DNA of 64,000 bases from Dehalococcoidia bacterium (lineage in GTDB: Bacteria > Chloroflexota > Dehalococcoidia > Lucifugimonadales > Australimonadaceae), in NCBI GenBank assembly GCA_022449765.1, contig JAKUPZ010000008.1, forward strand, positions 21,880 to 85,879, read 5' to 3'. The notes under the pieces are model-generated. The model did not search any database and had not been told where the DNA came from. It saw only the letters and a program-made list of their open reading frames with translations. How positions within the stretch are numbered: position 1 is the first letter of the stretch; each line of letters opens with the position of its first letter. Both the position numbers and the translations under genes were made by a program. Shown here piece after piece: positions 39,162 to 49,655 of the stretch.

Positions 39162-40385
39162 ATGTCTATACTGGTTCAAAAATATGGCGGCTCATCTGTA
39201 AGTAACGCGACAAAAATAAAGAGTGTGGCGTTAAGAATTGCTGAATCAAAAAAGCAAGGGCATCAACTAGCAGTTGTTTTATCAGCCATGGGTGACTCTA
39301 CTGATCAACTAATTGAACTGGCAGAGTCGATCAGTACTAACCCTGAACCACGAGAGTTGGATACATTGCTATCTACAGGAGAGCTAGTGTCATGCACCTT
39401 AATGGCAATGGCTCTAAGAGAATTAGGTATTCCGGCAATAAGCATGAGTGGCGCCCAAGCAGGGATAAAAACTGATACAGCTCACGGGAGAGCATCCATT
39501 GTAGGCCTTGATGCAAATCGAATCATCAGCATCCTTAATTCAGGTACTGTGGCAATCGTCGCTGGTTTCCAAGGCGTTAGCGAAGACATGGATATTACGA
39601 CCCTCGGAAGAGGAGGGTCTGATACAACAGCAGTTGCTCTTGCCGCGGCCATAGGTGCTGAAAGGTGCGAAGTCTTTACTGATGTAGATGGTATATACAC
39701 CGCTGACCCGAGAGTAGTACCAAATGCAAAAAAAATTAAGGAAATTGGATACGAGGAAATGCTTGAACTTGCAAGCTACGGAGCAAAAATGCACCCCCGC
39801 TCTATAGAGCTTGGAGCATGGTACAAAGTTCCGATACTGGTCGCGGCCAGTTATGAATCTATCCCAGGTACAATGATTCATTCAGTCGATACAAAGGATA
39901 ATTTTATGGAAATCGCTAACAAAGTGAGCGGGGTAACCTATCAGAAAGGCATCGCACGAATTACAGTCAGAGGAATTCCTGATAGACCAGGTATCGCAGC
40001 TTCTGTTTTTGCGCCACTTTCTGAGGCTAATATTAGTGTTGATACTATCGTCCAAAATGCAAGTGCTGAAAACCTCACTGACTTATCATTTACTGTCGAC
40101 GGAAAAGATCTTGAAATGGCTTTTCGTGTAACTTCCGGAATCGCTTCGTCAATCAATGCAACAGAATGTACAACGAGCGATCAATTAGGGCAGGTAAGTA
40201 TCGTTGGAACCGGCATGCAAAATGCACCAGGGGTTGCTTCTCTAATGTTTTCGACTCTTTCTGAAGCAAATGTAAACATTGAAATGATCACAACGTCACA
40301 AATCCGTATAACCTGCATCGTTAATGAAGCTCAAATTGACGATGCGACTCGTGTGCTTCATCACGCTTTTGGCTTAGATTCATAA
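39162..40385 (+). CDS. lysC: Aspartate kinase
   Basis: VQKYGGSSV, GRGGSDTTA, and two C-terminal ACT domains. Confidence 0.94.
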   Translation: MSILVQKYGGSSVSNATKIKSVALRIAESKKQGHQLAVVLSAMGDSTDQLIELAESISTNPEPRELDTLLSTGELVSCTLMAMALRELGIPAISMSGAQAGIKTDTAHGRASIVGLDANRIISILNSGTVAIVAGFQGVSEDMDITTLGRGGSDTTAVALAAAIGAERCEVFTDVDGIYTADPRVVPNAKKIKEIGYEEMLELASYGAKMHPRSIELGAWYKVPILVAASYESIPGTMIHSVDTKDNFMEIANKVSGVTYQKGIARITVRGIPDRPGIAASVFAPLSEANISVDTIVQNASAENLTDLSFTVDGKDLEMAFRVTSGIASSINATECTTSDQLGQVSIVGTGMQNAPGVASLMFSTLSEANVNIEMITTSQIRITCIVNEAQIDDATRVLHHAFGLDS

Positions 40386-40616
40386 TAAAATAGCACCTTC
40401 AAGTAAGCACAAGTGCGTGTAAGTAATTCACGAGTGCAGTACAGTTCTTACTATTGCTGTTCTGTACTTGAACGTACTGACATTTATATAACGCTATCCT
40501 CAAAATTTATATCAATAGAAATGCAAAAAAATTGCTTTGTAATTAGATAAAATCTCATTGACGCTATTTGATTATCTAACGACCCTACACCCTGCTATGT
40601 CAGATTAGGGTGATTA

Positions 40617-41036
40617 ATGATGTCTACAGTCGAAGAAATATTGCTGCGAACCAAAGTAATTGCAGTTGTAGGACTATCAAATGATCCTACGCGCTCCTCC
40701 TACGGAGTAGCACAATATCTTCAAAGAAATGGATATCGCATAATTCCTATTAACCCTAAATTAACTGAGCCAGTGCTTGGAGAAAAACCTTACGGAAGAC
40801 TTGAAGAATTAACTGAACATGTAGACCTTGTTGATATCTTCCGAAGGTCTATCGACGTACCGCCTGTGATTGACTCAGCTATAGCAATCGGCGCGTCTGC
40901 AGTTTGGATGCAATTAGGAATAGTTCACAACGAAGCTGCAAAAAAAGCAGCCGATTATGGATTAGATGTTGTTATGGATAAATGTACTGCGATAGAACAC
41001 CGATTTTTAAATATCAAACCCACAACAAATAGTTAA
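40617..41036 (+). CDS. CoA-binding domain protein (YccU-like)
   Basis: 139 aa with VIAVVGLSNDPTRSSYGV .. GYRIIPINP. Confidence 0.85.
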   Translation: MMSTVEEILLRTKVIAVVGLSNDPTRSSYGVAQYLQRNGYRIIPINPKLTEPVLGEKPYGRLEELTEHVDLVDIFRRSIDVPPVIDSAIAIGASAVWMQLGIVHNEAAKKAADYGLDVVMDKCTAIEHRFLNIKPTTNS

Positions 41037-41057
41037 GGCTTAAGTAAGGAGAGGCAA

Positions 41058-41912
41058 ATGGTTTTTCGAGAAACAGACGAATCAAGAATCATAAAGGAAA
41101 AAACTAGAGTGGCCGTAAGCCTTGCCATGGAAGGAAATTGGTCAGAAGCAGTGGCAATCAATCGGGAAATCTTAAATTCTTTGCCTGATAACGTTGAATC
41201 ACTAAATCGGCTAGGGAAAGCACTTATTGAACTCAATCAATTCGATGAAGCTCTCGAAGCATTTACTAAGGTTTTAAGCATAAATCCTGGGAACACCATA
41301 GCTGCAAAAAATATAAATCGATTAAATTGGGCGAACGCTAATAAATCTGATATTACTCCTTCAACTAACACTTCTGTAAGGAGTCTCTCTGCTAAATTTT
41401 TCATAGGACAAAGTGGAAAATCCGTTGAAGTTACTTTAAGTGAAAGCTCCGTAAATTGTGACCCTTCACCTGGTACTCCAATTACGCTCGCAATTGAGGG
41501 AAATACAATTGTAGCCTTGGACCAAAGTAATAATCGATTGGGATATGTACCTTCAAAATTATCTCGCAGATTAATATGTCTTATGGATGGCGGGAATAAA
41601 TATGATGGTGCCATTTCAGGGCGTTCTGAAGGAGCACTACGCGCAATATTAAGAGAATGCTACCAAGATCCTAACCAACGCTCCAAAATTTCATTCCCTC
41701 CAACTGCCTCATGGGATTTAATTTCAATCGAAGAACCTGTTCAAATTGAACAAGATTCTGAAATTATTAACCATCTACAAAATGTGGACGAGGTTTTTGA
41801 AACTGATCAAGATTCCAATCAATTGGTTTTAGTTGGAGCGAGTATTCAGTTAGAAGACAACCCCGACGATGATTTATTGATAGAGGATTTGGAAGAAGAA
41901 ATCGCGAATTAA
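41058..41912 (+). CDS. TPR-repeat protein with a possible HIRAN-like central domain and an acidic tail
   Basis: The N-terminal about 90 aa are TPR-like (WSEAVAINREIL..LGKALIELNQFDEALEAFTKVLSINPGN). The centre (VEVTLSE..NCDPSPG..LGYVPSKLSRRLICLMDGG) resembles HIRAN. The ATG follows GGAGAGG. Confidence 0.6.
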   Translation: MVFRETDESRIIKEKTRVAVSLAMEGNWSEAVAINREILNSLPDNVESLNRLGKALIELNQFDEALEAFTKVLSINPGNTIAAKNINRLNWANANKSDITPSTNTSVRSLSAKFFIGQSGKSVEVTLSESSVNCDPSPGTPITLAIEGNTIVALDQSNNRLGYVPSKLSRRLICLMDGGNKYDGAISGRSEGALRAILRECYQDPNQRSKISFPPTASWDLISIEEPVQIEQDSEIINHLQNVDEVFETDQDSNQLVLVGASIQLEDNPDDDLLIEDLEEEIAN

Positions 41913-43993
41913 CCATTAAGTGATTCTGCAAGAAGTTCTAGTAAATCTTTTGCAGATTTCTCTGAAGTCAAACCCTTAGACCCAATACCCTCTTCCATCA
42001 TCTGAAGGCAAAAAGGGCAAGAAACGCCTACGGCATCCGCAGAGGTTTCTATAAAATGGTCAGTCCTAATGTGATTAACTTTAGTGCCTGCCTCTTCCAT
42101 CCACATGCGACCACCACCCGCACCGCAGCAAAATCCTCGTTCACGACACCTATCTTCCCCCATTTCAATCAGTTGAAGTCCCGGGATAGAGTCCACGATT
42201 TCTCTCGGGGGATCATAAATATCATTATGTCTACCCAAATAGCATGAATCGTGATACGCAACTGACATAGGTATTGCCTTCCGAGGTTTAATTTTGTTAT
42301 CTCTAAGTAACTCTGCTACATATTCCGTGTAATGAACAACTTCAAAAATCCCTCCGAACTGAGGGTATTCATTTTTAATGGTATTAAAGCAATGCGGGCA
42401 AAGAGTTAAAATTTTTCTCACGCCATAATTATTCAGAATCTCAATATTCTGCTCAGCCATAATCTGGTAAAGGTATTCATTCCCTAACCTTCTAGCTGGG
42501 TCGCCCGTACAATTTTCTTCCATGCCTAAAACTCTATATTTAATATCTGCCAGCTTAAGTACGGACGCCATTGCCTTTGCAACCTGCTGGCCTCTGCCAT
42601 CTAAAGCTGATGTACACCCAATCCATAAAAGGATTTCATGCTCAGGGTCTTCTGCCATCGTTACAGAGCCTGTTCCCTCCATCCAATCAATTCTTGTAGA
42701 TTGCGTCCCTCTCCATGGATGACCTCTTTGCTCCATCGAATTCAGCGCGTCCATTGCAGTTTGAGGAACAGAAGCTTCCTCCATAGTTAGGTACCGTCGC
42801 ATATCAATAATTGTATCAATATGCTCTATCGAAACAGGACAAGCTTCCATACATGCCCGGCAACTGGTACATGACCACAACACTTCGGGGCTAATAAAAC
42901 CACCAATCAAATTAACATCTGGTGGGGGAGCATCCTTACCATCGCGAATCAATAGAGGAGCCCTCTCAACCATGTAAGACTTAGCATCTTGGATGAGCGC
43001 TCGAGGAGAAAGAGGTTTTCCGCTGCGCCACGCAGGGCATTGATCTTGGCAGCGGCCACAATTAGTACATGAATCAAAATCTAGTAGTTGCTTTGAGGTT
43101 AAATCTGTAATATCGCGAGCACCAAAAACTTCGATAGTATCCATATTTAATATAGGCCTTAGTGCTCCTTTCGGGCGTACAACAGACGACCTAAGAAGTA
43201 AATTCATTGGACTAACAAAAATATGCATCAGAGGACCAAAGCGCCACGCTGCATACACAAAAGTAAGGGTCATCAATGCCGCATGCCCCCACCATAAAAT
43301 AAAGTGCGAAGATTCCATTGCCTGCACAGAAAATCCAAACCCACGAATACCTAAGGCAATAACATACGAAAAAGGAGACCAATATGAAGATTCTACTGAG
43401 TACAACTCACTTGAGGGCTCTAACTCAGTTGCGGCCATCCTAAACGATTGAAGTACAAACCCAGACATAGCTTGTCCAAATAGCAATATCAGTAGAACCG
43501 AATTTTCGAGCATTGTATTTAGTCTGTCAGGGCGTATCACATAACGTCTATATGCGGCCATTCCAATACCCGCAATAAGCATAAGGCCTGCGATATCCCA
43601 TATTAATTCGAGTTGAAGGCTTATTTCTCTAGTAGGAAGATGCCATCCCAAGTATTTCTCAGTATTGAATTCAAACGCATCGATGGTAGTGGCAACAAAT
43701 AATAATAAAAGCCCCCAAACAATCAGAAAATGCATTAATCCGGGATATGTTTCATGCTTAACAAATTTCCTATGTCCTGCAGAATCAATAAGTAGAGTAC
43801 GTAGGCCTACCTTTATACGTATTTTCCATGAACCCACATCCGGATTCGGGCGGCCTAGTTGCCAATATTTGGAACGATTCCAGAGTGCCCACGCAATGGC
43901 CATCACTGAAATAAGCGCAGTGAAATAAACAAGAGCCCCTAAAGGGTATCCAATATTCCAAAAATCAAGACGGCCATTCAATTCTGGTGGCAA
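41909..43993 (-). CDS. Membrane-anchored Fe-S oxidoreductase (NarI/DsrM-like TM domain fused to an HdrD/GlpC-like domain)
   Basis: About 250 aa of TM helices containing His residues, two CxxCxxCxxxCP ferredoxin motifs (CTNCGRCQDQCP, CTSCRACMEACP), and two cysteine-rich (CCG-type) domains: CPHC at the start of the second and a CCG triplet in GFCCGAGGG at its end. The start is TTG, after GAGG. Confidence 0.8.
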   Translation of the reverse strand: MPPELNGRLDFWNIGYPLGALVYFTALISVMAIAWALWNRSKYWQLGRPNPDVGSWKIRIKVGLRTLLIDSAGHRKFVKHETYPGLMHFLIVWGLLLLFVATTIDAFEFNTEKYLGWHLPTREISLQLELIWDIAGLMLIAGIGMAAYRRYVIRPDRLNTMLENSVLLILLFGQAMSGFVLQSFRMAATELEPSSELYSVESSYWSPFSYVIALGIRGFGFSVQAMESSHFILWWGHAALMTLTFVYAAWRFGPLMHIFVSPMNLLLRSSVVRPKGALRPILNMDTIEVFGARDITDLTSKQLLDFDSCTNCGRCQDQCPAWRSGKPLSPRALIQDAKSYMVERAPLLIRDGKDAPPPDVNLIGGFISPEVLWSCTSCRACMEACPVSIEHIDTIIDMRRYLTMEEASVPQTAMDALNSMEQRGHPWRGTQSTRIDWMEGTGSVTMAEDPEHEILLWIGCTSALDGRGQQVAKAMASVLKLADIKYRVLGMEENCTGDPARRLGNEYLYQIMAEQNIEILNNYGVRKILTLCPHCFNTIKNEYPQFGGIFEVVHYTEYVAELLRDNKIKPRKAIPMSVAYHDSCYLGRHNDIYDPPREIVDSIPGLQLIEMGEDRCRERGFCCGAGGGRMWMEEAGTKVNHIRTDHFIETSADAVGVSCPFCLQMMEEGIGSKGLTSEKSAKDLLELLAESLNG

Positions 43994-44053
43994 AATTTAC
44001 CTCAATAAGCCCAATTTCCATTGGATCAACTATTGAATCATAAGGCTATGCGT

Positions 44054-44695
44054 TTAACTTGTTAACCAATTTATATGACCGAATAAACCGTTGAGATGAG
44101 TTTTACCTTTAAATACCTCATACTCATACTTTGATATTGAAAGTACCGTATCTGAACCATGGCCGGGCATTACTAAAGTCTCGTCGTCAAAAGTAAATAA
44201 TTTCTTCTCAATGCTCTCAACAATTTGAGTGAACTTCTCAGAACTTTCCGTTCTCCCTGGACCACCGGGAAATAAAGTATCTCCTGAGATCAAGGTACCT
44301 GGAATATAGAGGCAAACCGCTCCAGGGGTATGACCAGGAGTATGGACTGCATGAATTTTAATATTCCCGATATTAAATTTATCTTTGTCTGAAATAATCA
44401 TTTCCGGTTTCCCCGGAAATCGACTTATATCAGATTCATGAACTGCAACGGGGATATCTGTAATTTGCCTTAATAGCCCATACCCTGCTACATGATCAGG
44501 ATGAGTATGAGTAATTATTAAACCTTTTATGCTAAAGCTGCTAGCCTCGGTCAAAAGACTCTCAATTCCTTCAGGGGCATCAACCAAATAAGCCTCTTTG
44601 GTTTTAGGATCCGCAATTACATACCCATTATTGTCATACGGCCCCATTCCAGAAACCTTAAAAATCAAATGCTTCCCTTCGTATATCAATGCCAT
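44054..44695 (-). CDS. MBL-fold hydrolase (glyoxalase II-like)
   Basis: THTHPDHVAG and HTPGHTPG. Confidence 0.82.
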   Translation of the reverse strand: MALIYEGKHLIFKVSGMGPYDNNGYVIADPKTKEAYLVDAPEGIESLLTEASSFSIKGLIITHTHPDHVAGYGLLRQITDIPVAVHESDISRFPGKPEMIISDKDKFNIGNIKIHAVHTPGHTPGAVCLYIPGTLISGDTLFPGGPGRTESSEKFTQIVESIEKKLFTFDDETLVMPGHGSDTVLSISKYEYEVFKGKTHLNGLFGHINWLTS

Positions 44696-44708
44696 TTAGA
44701 TGTCCTCA

Positions 44709-45725
44709 TTACTTCGTTGAATCCCTGAAATGCGGAAGGACTTCAGATGCAGCCAAACTAATTGCATCCTTTACAATTTGTTTAGGAGTACCAGGCCACC
44801 CGAATCGCAAGGATGCATGAGTCACGCCTATTTCGTCGAATTTCTTTAAATCGCTTATTACATCTTCAGGGCTTCCTATGATAAATCTCCCTTCGGTAAG
44901 TTCTTCAAAAGGCTTTGTAAAATCTTCTTCGCCGGGAAGGGCTTTGTCTTGGCCCCATTGTGCATATGTTGCATATTTCCCCTCAAGGTAGGGACGAGCT
45001 GTCGCAATGGCCTTTTGACGAGTATCAGCAACAAATGTTTCTCGTGACATGGGAATGATACTGGGGTCTCCATACCCGTTGGATTTGCGAACGTCACGGT
45101 AAATTTGCAGTTGCCTTGAAAGTGTTTCATAAGGAGCGTGAGGATTTAAGTACCAGACATAACCCATGCGAGCAATCCGCTTGACCATCCCGTCTCCATT
45201 TGCAGCAATCCAAATTCTAGGATGAGGCTTTTGAATAGGTTTAACTCCTATATACGCGTTCTCTAAAGTAGTAAATCTACCCTGAAAATTCACTTCGTCC
45301 CCAGACCAAAGTTTTTGGGCAATCTCTAAGTTTTCAAACATCCGAGAGATCCGATCTTCCCGTTCGACTCCAAATGCCTGGTACTCTTGGTCCCTATACC
45401 CTAGTGCAGCGTTAATTATTACTTTGCCATTAGTAAGAACATCCAAGGTTGCTATATCTTCTGCCATTTGGACAGGGTTCTGAAGGGGCACAAGTACCGT
45501 GGACAAAAGATCCATTTGGTCAGTTTCTGCGCTTAAGCGAGCCATCGAAATCAGAGGCTGCAGCATTTGGTAGGGGTATGAGAGGTAATGCTGCCCTGCA
45601 TATATGTAATCAAAACCTAATTCTCGTCCGAATCGAACAAGATCAAGAACATCCGCAAATCGCTGAACCATATCTCCTGATCCCTCATGTTGCAAAAGAC
45701 CAGAAAGTGAGAGACCTATTTTCAT
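44709..45725 (-). CDS. LLM-class (luciferase-like) flavin-dependent oxidoreductase
   Basis: 338 aa TIM-barrel LLM pattern (MKIGLSL.., FDYIYAGQHY, IIGSPEDV). Confidence 0.8.
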   Translation of the reverse strand: MKIGLSLSGLLQHEGSGDMVQRFADVLDLVRFGRELGFDYIYAGQHYLSYPYQMLQPLISMARLSAETDQMDLLSTVLVPLQNPVQMAEDIATLDVLTNGKVIINAALGYRDQEYQAFGVEREDRISRMFENLEIAQKLWSGDEVNFQGRFTTLENAYIGVKPIQKPHPRIWIAANGDGMVKRIARMGYVWYLNPHAPYETLSRQLQIYRDVRKSNGYGDPSIIPMSRETFVADTRQKAIATARPYLEGKYATYAQWGQDKALPGEEDFTKPFEELTEGRFIIGSPEDVISDLKKFDEIGVTHASLRFGWPGTPKQIVKDAISLAASEVLPHFRDSTK

Positions 45726-45731
45726 GCGCTC

Positions 45732-46460
45732 CTATCCTAAAAATAATGAGGCTGCAGCTACCAGCATCACTAGTTCAACAATATATACAAAAACTTTATC
45801 CGATAATCGATTTACCAAAAGTCCTCCAACATAAGCACCAAATACCATAATCAATCCTAGTACTACTGCAATTGCTATTCCATCGAGATCTAGTAAAGAG
45901 TAGTTCCCGTAAACTCCTATCTTCACAAAGTTTACGCCCGTCATACCAGATGCCATCGTACCTACGAATGCTCCTCGCCTAAGACCATAGGATAGGAAAA
46001 AAGACGCACCAAATGGTCCAGCTCCTCCAAAAATTGCAGAAAGAAAACCCTGCCCCATCCCAACTGCAGCAAACCAACGCGGCTTCATAGATATCTGTCT
46101 TACAAGAGGCGTATGCCTATACAGAACTATTGCAACAAGAAAAACAGCTAGACCTTTTTGCAAATATTCTGCAGGGAGATTAGCAAACAGCATCGCACCT
46201 ACGGTGCCAGCCGGTACCGCACCTAGCAAAAACCACCCCACAACTTGCTTATCAATCAAGGACCTATTTACCCATACCCTTGACCATGTCTGCATGGTCA
46301 CCGCTATTGTCGTTATGGGGACAGCCTCACGAATACCAACCGTAAATGCCAACACAGGAATCATGATTATTGCAGATCCTAAACCTGCAAGGCCTCCTAT
46401 AAGCGCAGCAACGAACGCGGTACTAGCTAGAAGAAGAGCAACAAGTGGATCCATTAGCAC
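45732..46460 (-). CDS. TauE/SafE-family anion exporter
   Basis: 242 aa with about 7-8 TM helices and Gly-rich repeats typical of TauE/SafE. Confidence 0.75.
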   Translation of the reverse strand: MLMDPLVALLLASTAFVAALIGGLAGLGSAIIMIPVLAFTVGIREAVPITTIAVTMQTWSRVWVNRSLIDKQVVGWFLLGAVPAGTVGAMLFANLPAEYLQKGLAVFLVAIVLYRHTPLVRQISMKPRWFAAVGMGQGFLSAIFGGAGPFGASFFLSYGLRRGAFVGTMASGMTGVNFVKIGVYGNYSLLDLDGIAIAVVLGLIMVFGAYVGGLLVNRLSDKVFVYIVELVMLVAAASLFLG

Positions 46461-46504
46461 AACTTTCGATTATTGATTAGGTAATTGCTAACCCAACGTA
46501 TAGT

Positions 46505-47605
46505 CTAAAGATTTTCGAGAATTTTCTCTGTCATATGCTGCGTAGTTGAAAATTCCGCTCCTGCGCCGACCAAATCAGCTGTGCGAAATCCATCATTCAA
46601 AGTTTTCTCAACCGCGTTATTCACTGCGGATGCTTCCTCAAGTAAACCAAACGAGTACTGCAACATGAAAGCCGTGCTTAATATCGAACCTACTGGATTC
46701 GCCTTCTGCTGACCCGCAATATCTGGTGCACTACCGTGACTTGGCTCATACAAACCCCTCACACGTTTAGCCTTGCCCTTCGAATCCGAACCAGGAAGAC
46801 CAGCTAAGCTCGCAGACGGAAGCATTCCTAGAGAAGCAGAAAGGACAGCAGCCTCATCCGAAATAATATCCCCGAACATATTTTCCATTACCATTACATC
46901 AAATGAAGTTGGCCGGGTAATCAGGAGCATTGCACAAGAATCTACTAATTGATGCTCTAATTCTACATCTGGATAATCTTTTGATACCTCTATTGCTATA
47001 TCTCTCCATAACCTCGAAGACTGCAGTACATTGGCTTTATCCACAGACGTGAGCTTTTTACGACGGGACCGAGCAAGCTCAAAGCCCACACGTACTATCC
47101 TTTCGATCTCTTTTTCAGCATATAAAAGCGTATCCACACCTTTACGACCAGATTTATTTTGCCATCGCCGTTTCGGTTTTGCGTAGTACAAACCACCTGT
47201 AAGTTCACGCAAAATAACCATGTCAGCACCACGGACTCGATCATTTTTTAAAGGGCTCGCGTCCTCCATACCTGGAAATACTTTTACTGGACGTATGTTT
47301 GCATACAGCCCAAGTGCCTTACGCAATCCTAAAATAGCCGCTTCAGGCCTTACTTGTTCGTCATCCCATTTTGGCCCACCAACTGCACCAAATAAAACAG
47401 CGTCCGATTTCTTAGCTATTCCTATGGTTTCCTCACGTAATGGCGTACCATGCGCATCAATACTGCAGCCCCCAACAAGATCGCTTTCAAATCGGAAATT
47501 ATGCTTCCACCGTTCACCCACTGCATCGAGGATTTGCTGTGAGGCATGCGTAACCTCAGGACCAATTCCATCTCCAGGGAGAACTGCTATGTTAAATGTC
47601 GCCAT
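46505..47605 (-). CDS. leuB: 3-isopropylmalate dehydrogenase
   Basis: IAVLPGDGIGPEV and NMFGDIISDEAA. Confidence 0.95.
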   Translation of the reverse strand: MATFNIAVLPGDGIGPEVTHASQQILDAVGERWKHNFRFESDLVGGCSIDAHGTPLREETIGIAKKSDAVLFGAVGGPKWDDEQVRPEAAILGLRKALGLYANIRPVKVFPGMEDASPLKNDRVRGADMVILRELTGGLYYAKPKRRWQNKSGRKGVDTLLYAEKEIERIVRVGFELARSRRKKLTSVDKANVLQSSRLWRDIAIEVSKDYPDVELEHQLVDSCAMLLITRPTSFDVMVMENMFGDIISDEAAVLSASLGMLPSASLAGLPGSDSKGKAKRVRGLYEPSHGSAPDIAGQQKANPVGSILSTAFMLQYSFGLLEEASAVNNAVEKTLNDGFRTADLVGAGAEFSTTQHMTEKILENL

Positions 47606-47626
47606 CCAAACCTCTATCCTGGGAAA

Positions 47627-48214
47627 TTAACGGTATTCCCCTTCAAACTTGGTTATATCTTCGCTGTACTGCAAAGTCAGCCCTATATCGTCCAACCCCT
47701 GCAGTAAAGTCCCTTTCCTAAAACTATCAATTTCAAATTTAGCAATAAATCCATGAGAATCTCTTACTTCCTGAGTGTTTAAATCAACAGTTATCTCATA
47801 GCCATCCAATTCCTGCGCTCGCGATATTAAAGTGTCAACTTCCCCAGAAGATAATTGAACAGGCAGTAAACCAATTTGGTAACAATTATTCTTGAAAATA
47901 TCACCAAAACTTGGGGTAATTACAGCCTTAAACCCGTACTGCTGAAGAGCCCAAGGTGCATGCTCACGTGAAGAACCAATCCCAAATTGAGGACCACTAA
48001 CCAGTACCGAACTTCCTTGGTATTTTTCTTGGTTCAGAACAAAAGCATCATTTGGGCTACCGTCTTCGTTATAACGAAGCTCAAAAAATAATAATTCACC
48101 AAAACCTACCCGGTCGATTTTTTTTAAAAACCGCGCAGGTATGATTTGGTCAGTGTCTACATTGGACATGTCATAGGGGACAACTTTACCCGTGTGTTCT
48201 ATAAATGCATCCAT
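47627..48214 (-). CDS. leuD: 3-isopropylmalate dehydratase small subunit
   Basis: NVDTDQIIPARFLK and GSSREHAPWAL. The start ATG at 48214 lies 4 nt after the leuC stop. Confidence 0.94.
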   Translation of the reverse strand: MDAFIEHTGKVVPYDMSNVDTDQIIPARFLKKIDRVGFGELLFFELRYNEDGSPNDAFVLNQEKYQGSSVLVSGPQFGIGSSREHAPWALQQYGFKAVITPSFGDIFKNNCYQIGLLPVQLSSGEVDTLISRAQELDGYEITVDLNTQEVRDSHGFIAKFEIDSFRKGTLLQGLDDIGLTLQYSEDITKFEGEYR

Positions 48215-48218
48215 AGCT

Positions 48219-49622
48219 TTATTCCCACTCCCTGATATCCACAAAGTGTCCTGCAATCGCTGCAGCTGCGGCCATGGCAGGACTCACCAAATGAGTACGC
48301 CCGCCTGGTCCCTGCCTTCCTTCAAAATTACGGTTTGAGGTAGAAGCACTCCTCTCACCAGGAGTCAAACGATCCGGATTCATTGCAAGGCACATCGAAC
48401 ACCCTGCTTCTCTCCATTCAAATCCTGCTTCCATGAAAATCTTATCTAGCCCTTCAGCCTCAGCCTGTTGCTTAACAACCCAAGAGCCTGGAACCACCAT
48501 CGCTCGCACTAATTCCGATTTCTTTTTCCCTTTAGCTACTGAAGCTGCTGCACGCATATCTTCAATTCTAGAGTTCGTACACGAACCAATGAATACTGTA
48601 TCAACCTTGATATCTTGTATCCGTTCACCACCTTGAAGACCCATGTATTCCAGAGCTTTTTCTACCGCGGCTTGTTCCTGTGAAGAATTATAATCTTCAG
48701 GAGATGGCACTCTCTCGCCAACTGGTAAAACCTGTCCAGGGTTTGTGCCCCAAGTCACCTGAGGCTGGATTTCAGACCCCTCAAGTTCAACAACCGTATC
48801 AAAAACTGCACCTTCATCAGTACAAAGTGAAGACCAGAATGCAACAGAAGAATCCCAATCTGCATCATTTGGGGAATATTCCCGTCCCTTTAGGTAATCA
48901 AATGTGATCTGATCGGGAGCAACCATGCCAGTTCTAGCACCTGCTTCAATGGACATATTGCAAACAGTCATTCTTCCTTCCATCGACATATTCCGGAAAA
49001 CATCACCCGTGTATTCGATAGCATGACCAATTCCACCCGAAGTACCGAGCTTCCCAATAATCGCCAATATGACGTCCTTAGGAGTAATTCCAGGAGCTAA
49101 TTCACCGTTTACTCGAACTTCCATCGTCTTTGGTTTTGATTGCCAAATGCATTGAGTTGCAAGAACATGCTCGACTTCCGATGTCCCTATTCCAAATGCT
49201 ATTGCGCCTACGGCACCATGTGTAGCCGTATGGCTATCACCGCAAACTATAATCATTCCAGGTTGAGTTCTGCCTTGTTCAGGCCCGATCACATGAACGA
49301 TACCCTGCTTTTCACTAAACATGTCGAAATATTCAAGCCCAAACTCATCTGCATTCCGTTGCATTGCTTCTAGTTGGGCTTTGGAGACTTCATCCGTCAA
49401 AGGCTTGTCACGATCATTTGTAGGTACATTATGATCAGCTACAGCAACTGTCCTATCCAGCCTTCTGACAGCCCTCCCGTTCATTCTTAAGCCATCAAAT
49501 GCTTGTGGTGAAGTAACTTCATGAACCAGATGAAGATCAACGTATAAGAGTGAAGGCTTGTCAGGCTCTTCTCGTACTACATGCAAATCCCAAATTTTCT
49601 CAAACATTGTCTTAGTGACCAT
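48219..49622 (-). CDS. leuC: 3-isopropylmalate dehydratase large subunit
   Basis: Aconitase-family Cys ligands ([15 protein letters not shown]). The ATG at 49622 lies 4 nt after GGGAGG. Confidence 0.95.
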   Translation of the reverse strand: MVTKTMFEKIWDLHVVREEPDKPSLLYVDLHLVHEVTSPQAFDGLRMNGRAVRRLDRTVAVADHNVPTNDRDKPLTDEVSKAQLEAMQRNADEFGLEYFDMFSEKQGIVHVIGPEQGRTQPGMIIVCGDSHTATHGAVGAIAFGIGTSEVEHVLATQCIWQSKPKTMEVRVNGELAPGITPKDVILAIIGKLGTSGGIGHAIEYTGDVFRNMSMEGRMTVCNMSIEAGARTGMVAPDQITFDYLKGREYSPNDADWDSSVAFWSSLCTDEGAVFDTVVELEGSEIQPQVTWGTNPGQVLPVGERVPSPEDYNSSQEQAAVEKALEYMGLQGGERIQDIKVDTVFIGSCTNSRIEDMRAAASVAKGKKKSELVRAMVVPGSWVVKQQAEAEGLDKIFMEAGFEWREAGCSMCLAMNPDRLTPGERSASTSNRNFEGRQGPGGRTHLVSPAMAAAAAIAGHFVDIREWE

Positions 49623-49655
49623 GATGCCTCCCAACTTGATCCAAGATACCAATCA

